A model generated the notes under the pieces. That model did no database searches. It saw nothing but the letters and a program-made list of their open reading frames with translations, and was not told where the DNA came from. Both the position numbers and the translations under genes were made by a program. From Planctomycetota bacterium (GTDB taxonomy: Bacteria > Planctomycetota > UBA11346): 64,000 nucleotides of DNA. This document shows positions 18,655 to 28,621 of the stretch, piece after piece; positions within the stretch are counted from its first letter, which is position 1; each line of letters opens with the position of its first letter. The stretch spans positions 1 through 64,000 of the forward strand of contig JBBRLJ010000009.1 in assembly GCA_038231435.1 (NCBI GenBank), in the 5' to 3' direction.

Positions 18655-21267
18655 TCATCCCTCCTTGCCGGCGTCGAGCCGTTTCTCGAGCACTTCGAGG
18701 CGCAATTCGAGCCCCTTGCGCGCCTGCTCGCCCTCGTCGACCTTCTTCGCCAACTCGGCCGTGGCGGTGGTGATCGCCGCCGCCTTGCCGAGCTCGTCGA
18801 GCGCCTCGCGCAGTACGCGGCGCACATTGCCGAATATCTCGCGTCCCAGCCGCGCCGACAGCGCGCCACGCGCCTGCGCGTCGCCCAGCGCCGCCAGGCC
18901 GTTCGCCGCCGCGGCGCGCACGTGCAGGCCCTCGGCATCCAGGAGCCGCTCGAGCGCGCGACGTACGCGATCGCGCGCGATCAGGTGGCGCGCTCCCAAG
19001 GAGCCCGCCGCGGCGCAGGCGGCGACCACCACCCCCTCGAATTCGCCGGGGTCGCCGAGCACGCCGAGCACGTCGTCGAGCGCCGCGGCTTCGCCGCAGG
19101 CGCCCAGGCCGCGCACGCATGCCGCGCGCAAGCGCTGGTTCCAGCTCTCTCGTTTCATGCGCGCGCGCAGGAGCGGCGGCGCACCAGGATGCTCGATCGC
19201 GCCGCGCGCCGCGAAGAACTCTCCGGCGGTCAGCAGGCTCTGCTCCGCATCGCCGCGCTCGATCAGCCAGGTGGCCAGACCTTCGGCCCCGTCCACGCTA
19301 CGGAAACGGCCGAGGGTGCGCGCCAGCACGCGACGCAGGCGGGGTGGCATCGGGGAATCAGCGACGGCGCGCAAGGCCACGGAGGCGCTCGGCGCACGCA
19401 TGCCCCCGAGCGCCGCGAGCGCCTCGCCGCGCACCAGCTCGGGCGCGGAGGCATCGGCGGATACCGCCGCCAGGGCCTCGACGACCTTCGGTGACGGATG
19501 CTTGGCCGCGAGCGCGACCGCTGCGCGGGCCCGTCCGGTGGGGCCCACGCGCGGATCCGCGAGGCGCGCGATCAAGGGCGCCGCCTCGGCATCCTCGTCC
19601 CATTCGGCCAGCACCTCGCCATCGGGATCGACCGCGACCCATGCGGGGGCGATGGCGCATGGGAAGACCAGCGATTCACGGGCTCGGACCAGCTCTACGC
19701 GGCGCTGTTCGAGCACGCCGGACGCCACGCCGGGCACGGGACCGGCAGCCCAGCAGACATCGATCGGGATGCGGTAGGTCTTGTCGGCCTGCTCGGGAGC
19801 CGGTGCCGATGACGCCTGCGTCTGTTCGATCTCGACCGTGAGCACGCCGCGGACGGGGTCATGGCGACTGCGCACCTTCAGGGTCGGATGGCCCGGACGC
19901 TCGACCCACTGCGCGAAGAACCAGTCCATCGGCTCGCCGGTCGCATCCTCGATGGCCTGGCGGAAGTCGGCGGTTTCGACCAGGTCGTGGGCATGGCGCG
20001 AGGTGTACAGCTTCAATACCGCGCGGAACCGCTCCTCGCCCAGGATCCGGGCGAGGTGGTGCAGCACCATGCTGCCCTTCTCGTAGGCGACGCGATCGAA
20101 GAGTTCGTAGGCGTCGGCGTAGCGGTTGGTGACCAGCGCGCGTCGGTACCGTCCCTGATCCTCGTCGAGATAATTCCGGCGGTTCACCCACAGGTGCAGG
20201 CTGAGCTCGTCGGCTTCGCGCCGGGGATCGCCGTTCGCGGCATGGTGCGCGATCCAAGCCGAGGTGCCGCGCGCCTCGAGATAGGTCGCGAAGCTCTCGT
20301 TGAGCCAGATGTCGGACCACGCCTTCATGGTCAGCAGATCGCCGTACCACTGATGAACGAGCTCGTGGATCACCAGGCTGTCGCAATCGATGTCCTCGCG
20401 TTCCTGCGTGGCGGCATCCATCAGCACGCGATCGGTGATGGTGGTGAGCGTGGTGTTCTCCATGCCGCCCCACATGAAGCGATGCACCACCACATGGCCG
20501 TAGCGATCCCAGGCATAGGGCACGCCGGTGTACTCCGATAGCCAGCGGATGGCGAAGGCGGTGGAGCGGAACATCGCCGCGGCATCGGCCTCGCGGCCAC
20601 GCGGCAGCCAGTGCGAGATCGGCACCGGGCCAGAGGTGTCCACCGCCTCGACGAACTCGCCGACCACGATGTTCAGCAAATAGAGGACGTGCGGCTTCGT
20701 CTGCACGTACACCGTACGCGTCCAACCATCGCCAACGGGCGCCTTCGATTCGAGACGCCCGTTCGCCACCGCGACCAGCGCGGTGCGATGGCGCACCGCG
20801 ATGCGGTAGGTCGCGAGGTTGTTCGGGCTGTCGAAGCACGGGAACCAGTGCGAATGGTCCTCCATCGCTCCTTGGGTCCAGCACATCGCCACCTGCCGTC
20901 GCGTCTGATCAGCAGGTACGAAGAACATGCCCTTGGCCGGATGATCCGCGGCGAACGCCACCCGCACCTCGGCGAGGCCAGCTCCCACGGGAAGCGCGAT
21001 CACGACGCGTTCATCGGCGACGCTATACGCTACCGCCACGCCATCGACGTCTACCGAGCGGATCTCGAGATCGTGCTGGTCGAGCTCGAGCGGTGTCCGC
21101 GCACCGGCGATGATCTCGCAGCGGTGCGTCACCGTTCCCTCTATCCTGCGCGCTTCTAGATCGATGGTCACATCCAGATCGACATGCGTGATCCGCACGC
21201 TGCGCGGCCTGATCCACGTCGCCGGCGTTCCAGGATCACAGAACGGTCGTGCACTAGGATCGAACAT
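18655..21267 (-). CDS. M1-family aminopeptidase with C-terminal HEAT repeats and coiled coil
   Basis: GGMEN, HELVHQWYGD-x-LNESFA, AYEKG. Confidence 0.92.
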   Translation of the reverse strand: MFDPSARPFCDPGTPATWIRPRSVRITHVDLDVTIDLEARRIEGTVTHRCEIIAGARTPLELDQHDLEIRSVDVDGVAVAYSVADERVVIALPVGAGLAEVRVAFAADHPAKGMFFVPADQTRRQVAMCWTQGAMEDHSHWFPCFDSPNNLATYRIAVRHRTALVAVANGRLESKAPVGDGWTRTVYVQTKPHVLYLLNIVVGEFVEAVDTSGPVPISHWLPRGREADAAAMFRSTAFAIRWLSEYTGVPYAWDRYGHVVVHRFMWGGMENTTLTTITDRVLMDAATQEREDIDCDSLVIHELVHQWYGDLLTMKAWSDIWLNESFATYLEARGTSAWIAHHAANGDPRREADELSLHLWVNRRNYLDEDQGRYRRALVTNRYADAYELFDRVAYEKGSMVLHHLARILGEERFRAVLKLYTSRHAHDLVETADFRQAIEDATGEPMDWFFAQWVERPGHPTLKVRSRHDPVRGVLTVEIEQTQASSAPAPEQADKTYRIPIDVCWAAGPVPGVASGVLEQRRVELVRARESLVFPCAIAPAWVAVDPDGEVLAEWDEDAEAAPLIARLADPRVGPTGRARAAVALAAKHPSPKVVEALAAVSADASAPELVRGEALAALGGMRAPSASVALRAVADSPMPPRLRRVLARTLGRFRSVDGAEGLATWLIERGDAEQSLLTAGEFFAARGAIEHPGAPPLLRARMKRESWNQRLRAACVRGLGACGEAAALDDVLGVLGDPGEFEGVVVAACAAAGSLGARHLIARDRVRRALERLLDAEGLHVRAAAANGLAALGDAQARGALSARLGREIFGNVRRVLREALDELGKAAAITTATAELAKKVDEGEQARKGLELRLEVLEKRLDAGKEG

Positions 21268-21337
21268 GCCCGCACCCTAACGCCGCCAACTCCTCATCAA
21301 ACCGCGAAAGGGGCTCCCGTGGTCAGGACGCGCCTTC

Positions 21338-22342
21338 TCAGGCCGCGTCCCTACCCCGCCCTTCCCGTTGCTTCCTGGGGAGCAGCGCGGAGCGCGATGT
21401 TGGGGGGCCGTAGCTCCCCAACAAAAAATCGAAGAAGTTGTGCCACTGCATCGGCCACCGCCGCGCCTGCAATTCCAGCCGCCGCGCCCACCGCGTGACC
21501 GCCCGCTCGATATGCTCGACGCGTTCGATCGCGCCCGCCGGCCGGCAGATGCGCCATGGCTCGTCGATCTCGAGCCGGTACGAGCGTTCGCTGGTCTTGA
21601 TCAGGAAGCTCACGTAGATCGGGACCTGCAGGATCGCCGCGGTCTGGAATGGACCGAGCGGGAAGCGCGCCATCCCGCCCATGAACGGTACCGTGATCGA
21701 TGCCTGGTCGCCGAGCACGCGGTCGCCGAGCATGCATACCACATGGCCACCGCGCAGCGCCTTGGCGATCGCGAGCGACGCGTTCAAGCCATCGCGCGGA
21801 TCGATGACCGTGATGCGCGAGCCGCGCATGCGCTCGTCAACGAACGCCTGCACGCGTGGATCGTCGTCTCGGATCATCACCACGTGCACATCACGGTCGT
21901 TGGCGATGGAGCTCTTCAGCCAGTAGCTCGACAGGTCCCAATTGCCGATGTGCGCGGACAGCAAGATGCCGCCTCCGCCGTTCATCAGTCCTTGGCGCGC
22001 CTCGTCTCGGCCAGCGGAATCCAGCCGGAAGCCATCGGGCTTCAGGAACACCAACAGCCGATCGCAGAGGATGCGTCCGAAACTGGCGAAATGGCGCCAG
22101 CACAGGATCAGCAGCAGGACCCTCCCGGCGCCGGGCCTGAGGCGACGCCAGTACGCGATCATGCCGTATTGGCGGCGACCCCCGCACAGGACGAAGCAGC
22201 CGCCGATGACGAAGCTCCCGAGCCATGCCCCGGAGACGCCGACCACGGGCAGCAGCGCGGCGCACGAGCGGAACAGCCATGCGCCACCGAGGGTGCGGCC
22301 TCTCCACGCTCGTCTGGCGGATTGCTGGGCGCGGTTTGCCAC
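21338..22342 (-). CDS. LpxL-like (lysophospholipid) acyltransferase of aryl-polyene-type clusters
   Basis: ILLSAHIGNWD, LGDR, FPLGPF, QWHNFFDF. The last ~28 aa are read through a repeat element. Confidence 0.82.
   Translation of the reverse strand: MANRAQQSARRAWRGRTLGGAWLFRSCAALLPVVGVSGAWLGSFVIGGCFVLCGGRRQYGMIAYWRRLRPGAGRVLLLILCWRHFASFGRILCDRLLVFLKPDGFRLDSAGRDEARQGLMNGGGGILLSAHIGNWDLSSYWLKSSIANDRDVHVVMIRDDDPRVQAFVDERMRGSRITVIDPRDGLNASLAIAKALRGGHVVCMLGDRVLGDQASITVPFMGGMARFPLGPFQTAAILQVPIYVSFLIKTSERSYRLEIDEPWRICRPAGAIERVEHIERAVTRWARRLELQARRWPMQWHNFFDFLLGSYGPPTSRSALLPRKQREGRGRDAA
21373..21422. repeat. REP-like palindromic element, copy 2 (inside the acyltransferase 3' end)
   Basis: GCAGCGCGGAGCGCGATGTTGGGGGGCCGTAGCTCCCCAAC. 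Confidence 0.85.
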
Positions 22343-22452
22343 GTGCTCGACGGTACAACCCTTATGGCATTGTCATCACCAAGGGCGGCTTGCCGAGACA
22401 CCATCGGTCGTACCATGGGGGACCGCCGCGCTCGGTGGACCTTCCTAACGCC

Positions 22453-23349
22453 ATGCCACCCGCGCCCAGCTCATCCGACGAGACCATTCCCGTGTCCTAC
22501 GCGGTATTCGGCCCGGGACTTGTCGGCTCGTACCTCGGCGCCGCCGGCGCCGCCGAACTCGCCTACGTCGGCCCCTCGGGCTTGATCCGCGCTACGCGCG
22601 TCCGCCTGCCGTCCGGAGTGGTTGATTGGCGACCCAGGCAGGCGAGGTTTCCCAATGCCTCCACCTCGAACGCCTCACCGGCTCCCGCGCTGCTGATCGC
22701 CACGCGCGTGCATCGCACCCCGTGGGCGGATCTGCCGTCCGATGCGCTCGCCGCTCAGAACGGCCTGGGCCAGCCGCGCGCGGTCGTGGTCTGCTTCTTC
22801 GCGCTCGACGTCGGAGGCGATGGCGTGATCGAAGCGGTCGGGCCGCGTCCACGCGTGGTGCTGGCGCGCCCAGGGAAGGCCTGGGAGCCGATCCTCGCGC
22901 GATGGAGCGACACGGGCCTGATCATCGAGGTGCTCGACGACGCGCGCCCCGCCCAGTGGGAGAAAGCCATCCTCAATGCCACCGTCGGCCCCCTCTGCCT
23001 GGCCACCGGCATGGGCATGGGCGCGGTGTGGGCCGACCAGCGCATGCGTGAACTGACGCTGCGGGCCACCACTGAAGGCGCAATCGTCGCGGCGGCGCAT
23101 GGCGTGGACATCCCGCGCGGCATCGAGGAGCGCGCGAGCGCCTTCTTCGAGCGCGTAGGAGCCCATCGCCCATCGGTGCTGCGCGACACCGGCGAGCTCC
23201 CGCACATCCTTGGCGAGCTGCAGCGAAGCGCACGGCGCCATGGCGTGCCCACGGTGTCGCTCGACGCCATCGCCCGCATGGTCGAGCAGCGGGTGGTCGC
23301 GCTCACTGGTTGGCGGGTGCCGGTCGGCGCCTCGCCTGGATCAGCCTGA
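22453..23349 (+). CDS. Ketopantoate reductase (ApbA/PanE)-like oxidoreductase
   Basis: GPGLVGSYLG Rossmann motif, AQNGLG, QWEKAILN, PSVLRD..EL. Start uncertain. Confidence 0.65.
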   Translation: MPPAPSSSDETIPVSYAVFGPGLVGSYLGAAGAAELAYVGPSGLIRATRVRLPSGVVDWRPRQARFPNASTSNASPAPALLIATRVHRTPWADLPSDALAAQNGLGQPRAVVVCFFALDVGGDGVIEAVGPRPRVVLARPGKAWEPILARWSDTGLIIEVLDDARPAQWEKAILNATVGPLCLATGMGMGAVWADQRMRELTLRATTEGAIVAAAHGVDIPRGIEERASAFFERVGAHRPSVLRDTGELPHILGELQRSARRHGVPTVSLDAIARMVEQRVVALTGWRVPVGASPGSA

Positions 23350-23351
23350 GC

Positions 23352-24533
23352 ATGGCGTACGCCCGAGGTCCCAAACCGCTCGCGATCACCGGGCTCGGCT
23401 GCGTCGGCGCCCCCGGCATGGGCATCGAGTGCCAGCTGCAGGCGCTATCCTCGGCCGCCTGCGGGCTGTCGCGACGCGACGATCCACGGCTGCCGCTGTC
23501 GCTGAAGGTGCCGATCGGTCGGGTCTGCGCGCCGCTTCCGCACGTGCCGAGCCGCACCGCCGCGCTGGCTGTCGCCGCGGCGCGCGAGGCGCTGCGCGCG
23601 GCGCGCGTCCCAGCCGATCGGCGCGGCGACATGGGCGTGGTGGTCGGCACCTGCACCGCCGGACTGCCCGAAAGCGAGCACGAGTACCTGACGCTGGGCC
23701 CCGACGCGACATCGCTCGCCTACCGCCGCCAACAGGCGCATCGCACTACCCAGGCGGTCGCGCGGCTTGGCCGCTGCGGTGGCGTTCAGAGCACCCACAG
23801 CGTCGCCTGCGCCTCCGCCGCCGCGGCGATCGTGGAAGCCATGGAGCTGGTGCGCTCGGGTTCGTGCCCATGGGTGCTGGTGGTAGGTGCTGACGCGATG
23901 ACGCGCGTCACCATGGCGGGCTTCACCAGCCTGCAGCTGGTCGATCCCGACGGCTGCCGTCCGCTGATCCGCGAGCGCCAGGGCATGAGCCTGGGCGAGG
24001 GCGCCGCCGCCTTGCTTATCGAGGATCCCGATCATGCGCGCCGACGCGGCGCCACGGTGCTCGCCAGCGTGCTCGGTTGGGGCCTGCGCGCCGATGGCTA
24101 CCACGTCACCTCGCCGGATCCGGCGGGGACCCAGCTCGAGCGCGCGCTCGCCGACAGCCTGGCGGACGCCGGTGTCGCCTCCGGGGATGTCGACTACGTC
24201 AACGCGCACGGTACCGGCACGCGCGACAACGACGATTGCGAGAGCGCGGTGCTGGCGCGCACCTTCGGAGCGATTCCGACGGCGTCGTGGAAGCGCACCT
24301 ATGGACACACCATGGGTGCGTGCGCCGCGATCGAGGCGGTGGGCTGCTGCCTGGCCTTGCGCGAGCAGGCGCTGTTCCCGAGCGCTGGCGCCGAATCCGG
24401 CACCGGCATCGACGGCATCGAGGTGGTGCGCGCGCGGCGTGCGGCGAAGGTCGATGTCGTATGCTCGACCACCCTCGCCTTCGGCGGCGTCAACGCCGCG
24501 ATCATCTTCGGCAAGGCCGAGCGATGCGCCTGA
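23352..24533 (+). CDS. Beta-ketoacyl-ACP synthase (FabF/ApeO-like)
   Basis: Catalytic Cys-His-His: VACASAA, NAHGTGT, GHTMGA; also LAFGGVNA. Confidence 0.9.
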   Translation: MAYARGPKPLAITGLGCVGAPGMGIECQLQALSSAACGLSRRDDPRLPLSLKVPIGRVCAPLPHVPSRTAALAVAAAREALRAARVPADRRGDMGVVVGTCTAGLPESEHEYLTLGPDATSLAYRRQQAHRTTQAVARLGRCGGVQSTHSVACASAAAAIVEAMELVRSGSCPWVLVVGADAMTRVTMAGFTSLQLVDPDGCRPLIRERQGMSLGEGAAALLIEDPDHARRRGATVLASVLGWGLRADGYHVTSPDPAGTQLERALADSLADAGVASGDVDYVNAHGTGTRDNDDCESAVLARTFGAIPTASWKRTYGHTMGACAAIEAVGCCLALREQALFPSAGAESGTGIDGIEVVRARRAAKVDVVCSTTLAFGGVNAAIIFGKAERCA

Positions 24534-25321
24534 CGCGGTTCTGTGCGTTCCATGGCGAGTCCCTGCCCGAATGGCCGGCGTGGGTCCAGGGCGGCCAACG
24601 CCGGCGGCTCGACGTGCTCAACCGCGTGGCCTGCGCGGTGGTCGAGGGCGTGATCGGGCAAGGTGGGGCACTCGACCCGGACACCGCGGTGGTGGTCGCC
24701 AACAGTTATGGCAGCGTCGACTCGACCCTGCGCTTCATCAACTCCATCGCCTCGTTCGGCGACGCCAGCGCCAGCCCGACGCCATTCACCACCTCGGTGC
24801 ACAATTCGAGCGCCGGGGTCATCGGCGAGGTCCTGAAGCTCCATGGCCCGTGCACCACGCTTAGCCAAGGCGGGACCGGTGGGTTGGCGGCGCTGCGCTG
24901 GGCGCACCTGATGCTCGCGGCCGGGCGCGCGCCTGCGGTGCTGGCGGTGATCGGGGACAAGCATGTACCCTGGAGCCGCGACACCGTCGGTCGCCTCAGC
25001 GCCAGCCCGTGGCCGATCGGCGACGGCGCCGCGGCCTGCCTGCTCGAACCGGGAGCCGGACCCGGGCGTGAGATCCGACTCGGCAGCCATCCCGCTCAGG
25101 TCTGCTACGATGGCGGAGCAATCCTCGCCGAGGACGAACGCCTGCTCGCCCAGCTGGCGACGGGCCAGCGGCGGGTCCGCGCCCCTGACGCGCTCGGAGC
25201 CTGGTGGCCATGCTGCCTGATGACCGCCATCCCCTACGACCAACCCGAGCCGGTGCAGCTGCGCGAGGTCGAGCATCGCCATGTCCTCGAAATGTGGCTC
25301 GGCCCGCGGGCGGAACGCTGA
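24524..25321 (+). CDS. Ketosynthase chain-length factor (ApeC-like)
   Basis: SPTPFTTSVHNS motif typical of APE-type CLFs; overlaps the KS 3' end. Confidence 0.8.
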   Translation: MRLTRFCAFHGESLPEWPAWVQGGQRRRLDVLNRVACAVVEGVIGQGGALDPDTAVVVANSYGSVDSTLRFINSIASFGDASASPTPFTTSVHNSSAGVIGEVLKLHGPCTTLSQGGTGGLAALRWAHLMLAAGRAPAVLAVIGDKHVPWSRDTVGRLSASPWPIGDGAAACLLEPGAGPGREIRLGSHPAQVCYDGGAILAEDERLLAQLATGQRRVRAPDALGAWWPCCLMTAIPYDQPEPVQLREVEHRHVLEMWLGPRAER

Positions 25322-25413
25322 GCGCGCCCTCGACCTTCATCACAGGCCGGACTGTTCGCCGCGAGGCCGCTAGCGTTGGCTCGGCACCGGACGCGCATAC
25401 CCTGGGGACCACC

Positions 25414-26115
25414 ATGGGCAGACTCACGATCCATTCCCTGCTGGCCGCGATGCTTTACGTACTGCTCGCGGCGGGACTCGGCGCCGCCGAGCCTGCGCCG
25501 GCTACCTCCACCACCGACGCTCCTGCGGTGCCCGCCGCCACTCCAGCCGCGGCGACTGCTCCCCTCACCGCCGACGAATTCCTTGCCAAGGTCGCCGCCG
25601 GCGCCAAGGACATCGCCACCGTGCGCCTGCCATTCACCCAGGAGAAACACCTGGCGATCATGGAGGAGCCGATCATCAGCGCCGGCGTCATCGAGATCAG
25701 CAAGCCGCAGTCCGCGGTGCGCTGGGAGTTCACCGGCAAGTCGGTGCTGATCTTCGCCAATGGCAAGATCCGCCGCTGGGGCGCCGAAGGGAAGGAGGAG
25801 GCCTCGGGTGCCAAGGACCCGAACCTGAAATCCTTCCAGGACCAGATGCAGGCGTTCGTCAGCGGCGATTGGTCAGGCCTGAAGAAGGCCTTCGATCTCG
25901 AACCCGACGCCACCGGCAAACCGACCATGATCATGAAGCCGAAGTCGAAGGACCTCGCCAAGTACATCGACCACATCCAGCTGACCTTCCGCGACGACTT
26001 CACCGCACCCGCGCGCATGTCGCTGGTCGCCAATGGCGGCGACGAGACCACCTACGTCTTCAGCGAACCCCAGACCGGCATCGAGCTCCCGGCCGCGCGC
26101 TTCGCCGGCCCGTGA
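25414..26115 (+). CDS. LolA-like lipoprotein/lipid carrier protein
   Basis: Signal peptide, FTQEKHL...SAG, VRWE, GDETTYVF. Confidence 0.75.
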   Translation: MGRLTIHSLLAAMLYVLLAAGLGAAEPAPATSTTDAPAVPAATPAAATAPLTADEFLAKVAAGAKDIATVRLPFTQEKHLAIMEEPIISAGVIEISKPQSAVRWEFTGKSVLIFANGKIRRWGAEGKEEASGAKDPNLKSFQDQMQAFVSGDWSGLKKAFDLEPDATGKPTMIMKPKSKDLAKYIDHIQLTFRDDFTAPARMSLVANGGDETTYVFSEPQTGIELPAARFAGP

Positions 26116-26117
26116 CC

Positions 26118-28520
26118 ATGGACAACCCTCCGCCGCCGGCGGTCCCCGCCGAGCCCGACGGCCAAGCGCATGCGTACCAGCCGGTGCAGACGCTCCGGAA
26201 CCGGTTGCTCGCGATACTGATCGGCCTGCTGGCGCTGGGCATCCTCACCGCCATCGCGTGGCGGGTGAACATCTCCACCGATCTCGCCACCATGCTGCCG
26301 CGCAACGACCCGGCGTTCACCCGCGAGATGGATTTCTTCTCGCGCCAGCGCGCGGCCAAGTTGATGGCGATCGAGGCGACGGTGGCCGACTCCGCGGCGC
26401 TGCCTGCCGCCGAGCGCGAGCTGCTGGCGCTCGACCGCGAGCTCGAGCCGATGGGCCTCAAGCCGCTCGCCAACGGCGATCCCGATTCGATCTTCCGCGC
26501 CGCCGACATCATCGAGAGCCACCTTCCTGAGCTGGTGACGCCCGAGGAGCTCGCGGCGCTCGAGCCCCAGTTGGCCACCACGGCGCTGCAGGAGCGCCTC
26601 GAGGCGCTGAAAGCGCGCGTGTCCCGTCCCGAGGATTCCTTCCTGGCGACGCTCGCGCGCCAAGACGTCCTCGCACTCGCCGCTGGCACCGGCAATACCC
26701 TGCAGAAGGGGCTCGGCGGCTCGCGGACGGACGGCCCGCTGATGATCAAGGACGAGCGCTACGCCCTGCTGGTGATGGCGGTGCCCTTCGATCCGGGCGA
26801 GATGGACAAGACCAACCGCCTGATGGAGACCATCGATGCCGCGCAGGCGCGCGCGGCCGTGGCCGGAGTCCGCCTCGAGGGCATCGGCAGCTATCGTCAT
26901 TTCCGCGAGAACATGGCGGCCGTGAAGAGCGATCTCGGCTCGTCGATCGGCATCAGCGTGGTGCTGATCATGGTGCTGCTCTACTCGCTGATCCCCAACG
27001 TGCGCGCGTTGATCGCCATGCACGTGCCGGCGCTGATGGGCATGGCGGGCAGCGTCGCCGCGGTGGTGCTCAGCGGACAGGTGCTGCCGCTGCCGATCCT
27101 GGGTTTCTGCGCGGCGATCCTCGGCGTGGCGGTGGATGCGGGCCAGCACGTGGTGGTCGGAGTCCGCTCAGGACACGGAGGCGACCTGCGCAAACCCCTG
27201 CTACTGACCTTTGTCACCACCACGGTGGCCTTCGGCGTCCTGTTCACGAGCTCGGTGCCCGGACTGCGTTGCATCGCCACCATGGTCATCGGCGGACTCG
27301 CCGCCTCGCTCGTGACCGCGCTCTTCCTGGTGCCGCGCCTGCTGCCGCACCTGAAGCCCCACGATCCGTGGCTGCGCGTCAGCCGGCCCCTGCTGGTCCT
27401 GGTGCAACGCTGGCCCCGTGCCAACTGGTTGCTGACCGCGCTGATCACCGCCGCCCTGGTTCCGGGATTGGCCAAGACGCGCATGAACGAGGACCTCCGG
27501 AAATACGATGGCAGCAAACCGGAGAGCTGGGAAGTGCTCAAGTCGTTCGAGGAGCGCTGGAGCGGCGAATACCGCTCCTCCGATTTCCTGGTCAGTACCG
27601 CCGACGATCTCGACACCGTGCTCGAACGCACCAGTGCGGCGCGCGCCGGCATCGGCCGCGAGCCCACGCCGATCGAGCACCTGCTGCCGTCGCGCGCCGA
27701 GCAGGCGCGTCGGATGGCGGCCTGGAACGCCTTCTGGTCGACGCACGCGGACCCGTTCGCCGCCAACCTGGGCATCGCCGCCAAGGCCGTGGGCATGCGC
27801 GCCGAGGCCTTCGCGCCGAGCCTGGCGCGCTATCGCCCCGTCGACCCGGTGGCCTTTCCTCCGCTCGTCTTCGACACCTGGGCCGACACCCCGATCGCCA
27901 AGCTCATCGACACCTATGTGGGCCGCGCCGACGGCGTCTGGCAGGTGGCGCTGCCGTTGGGGAAGCTGGCCAAGACCGAGGTCGCGACCGTTCATGCCGC
28001 GCTCGCCCAGCATCCCGAGGTGTGGGTGGCGCAGCGCGAGCACATCGGCTCGCACCTGGTCGCCGTCGTCCAGTCCGATCTCGCTTCGAGGGGACTCGCC
28101 ATCCTGGTGCTGATCGTGCTGCTGGTGTTCGCCATCGAACGCGACTGGCGCAAGGTGACGGCGCAGCTCCTGCCTTCGCTGCTCGCACTGGTCTGGACGT
28201 TCGGCCTGCTCGGTTGGATGGACGTGGCGCTGACGCCGTTCGCGGTGCTGGCGGCGGCATTCGTCGCCGGCATCGGCATCGACAGCGCCGTGTTCCTGTC
28301 CGAGCATCCCGAGGCCGAGACCCTGTCGCCGGTGCTGGTCGCATCCATCACCACCATCGCGGGCGTGATCTCGCTGGTGAACGCCAGCCATCCGATGATC
28401 TCGGCCATGGGCCGCGTGCTGGCGCTGGGCATGACCTTCTGCCTGATCTCGTGCCTGCTCATCACCCCGTCGTTGTCGCTCTTCTTCCGCCGCCGGCATC
28501 CCGGCCCTGCTTCCCCATGA
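26118..28520 (+). CDS. MMPL/RND-family exporter
   Basis: ISTDLATMLP, two TM bundles with ILGVAVD and GIGIDSAVF, and two large loops. Confidence 0.82.
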   Translation: MDNPPPPAVPAEPDGQAHAYQPVQTLRNRLLAILIGLLALGILTAIAWRVNISTDLATMLPRNDPAFTREMDFFSRQRAAKLMAIEATVADSAALPAAERELLALDRELEPMGLKPLANGDPDSIFRAADIIESHLPELVTPEELAALEPQLATTALQERLEALKARVSRPEDSFLATLARQDVLALAAGTGNTLQKGLGGSRTDGPLMIKDERYALLVMAVPFDPGEMDKTNRLMETIDAAQARAAVAGVRLEGIGSYRHFRENMAAVKSDLGSSIGISVVLIMVLLYSLIPNVRALIAMHVPALMGMAGSVAAVVLSGQVLPLPILGFCAAILGVAVDAGQHVVVGVRSGHGGDLRKPLLLTFVTTTVAFGVLFTSSVPGLRCIATMVIGGLAASLVTALFLVPRLLPHLKPHDPWLRVSRPLLVLVQRWPRANWLLTALITAALVPGLAKTRMNEDLRKYDGSKPESWEVLKSFEERWSGEYRSSDFLVSTADDLDTVLERTSAARAGIGREPTPIEHLLPSRAEQARRMAAWNAFWSTHADPFAANLGIAAKAVGMRAEAFAPSLARYRPVDPVAFPPLVFDTWADTPIAKLIDTYVGRADGVWQVALPLGKLAKTEVATVHAALAQHPEVWVAQREHIGSHLVAVVQSDLASRGLAILVLIVLLVFAIERDWRKVTAQLLPSLLALVWTFGLLGWMDVALTPFAVLAAAFVAGIGIDSAVFLSEHPEAETLSPVLVASITTIAGVISLVNASHPMISAMGRVLALGMTFCLISCLLITPSLSLFFRRRHPGPASP

Positions 28521-28621
28521 TCAGCCCTCGTCAGAGCGGGCCGCCCTTGCCGAAGCGAGTGCCGCTTGCCGATGGTCCGGCGAGCGTCTCGCCGTAGCCT
28601 CTGCCCCACCCAGGAGGTCCC

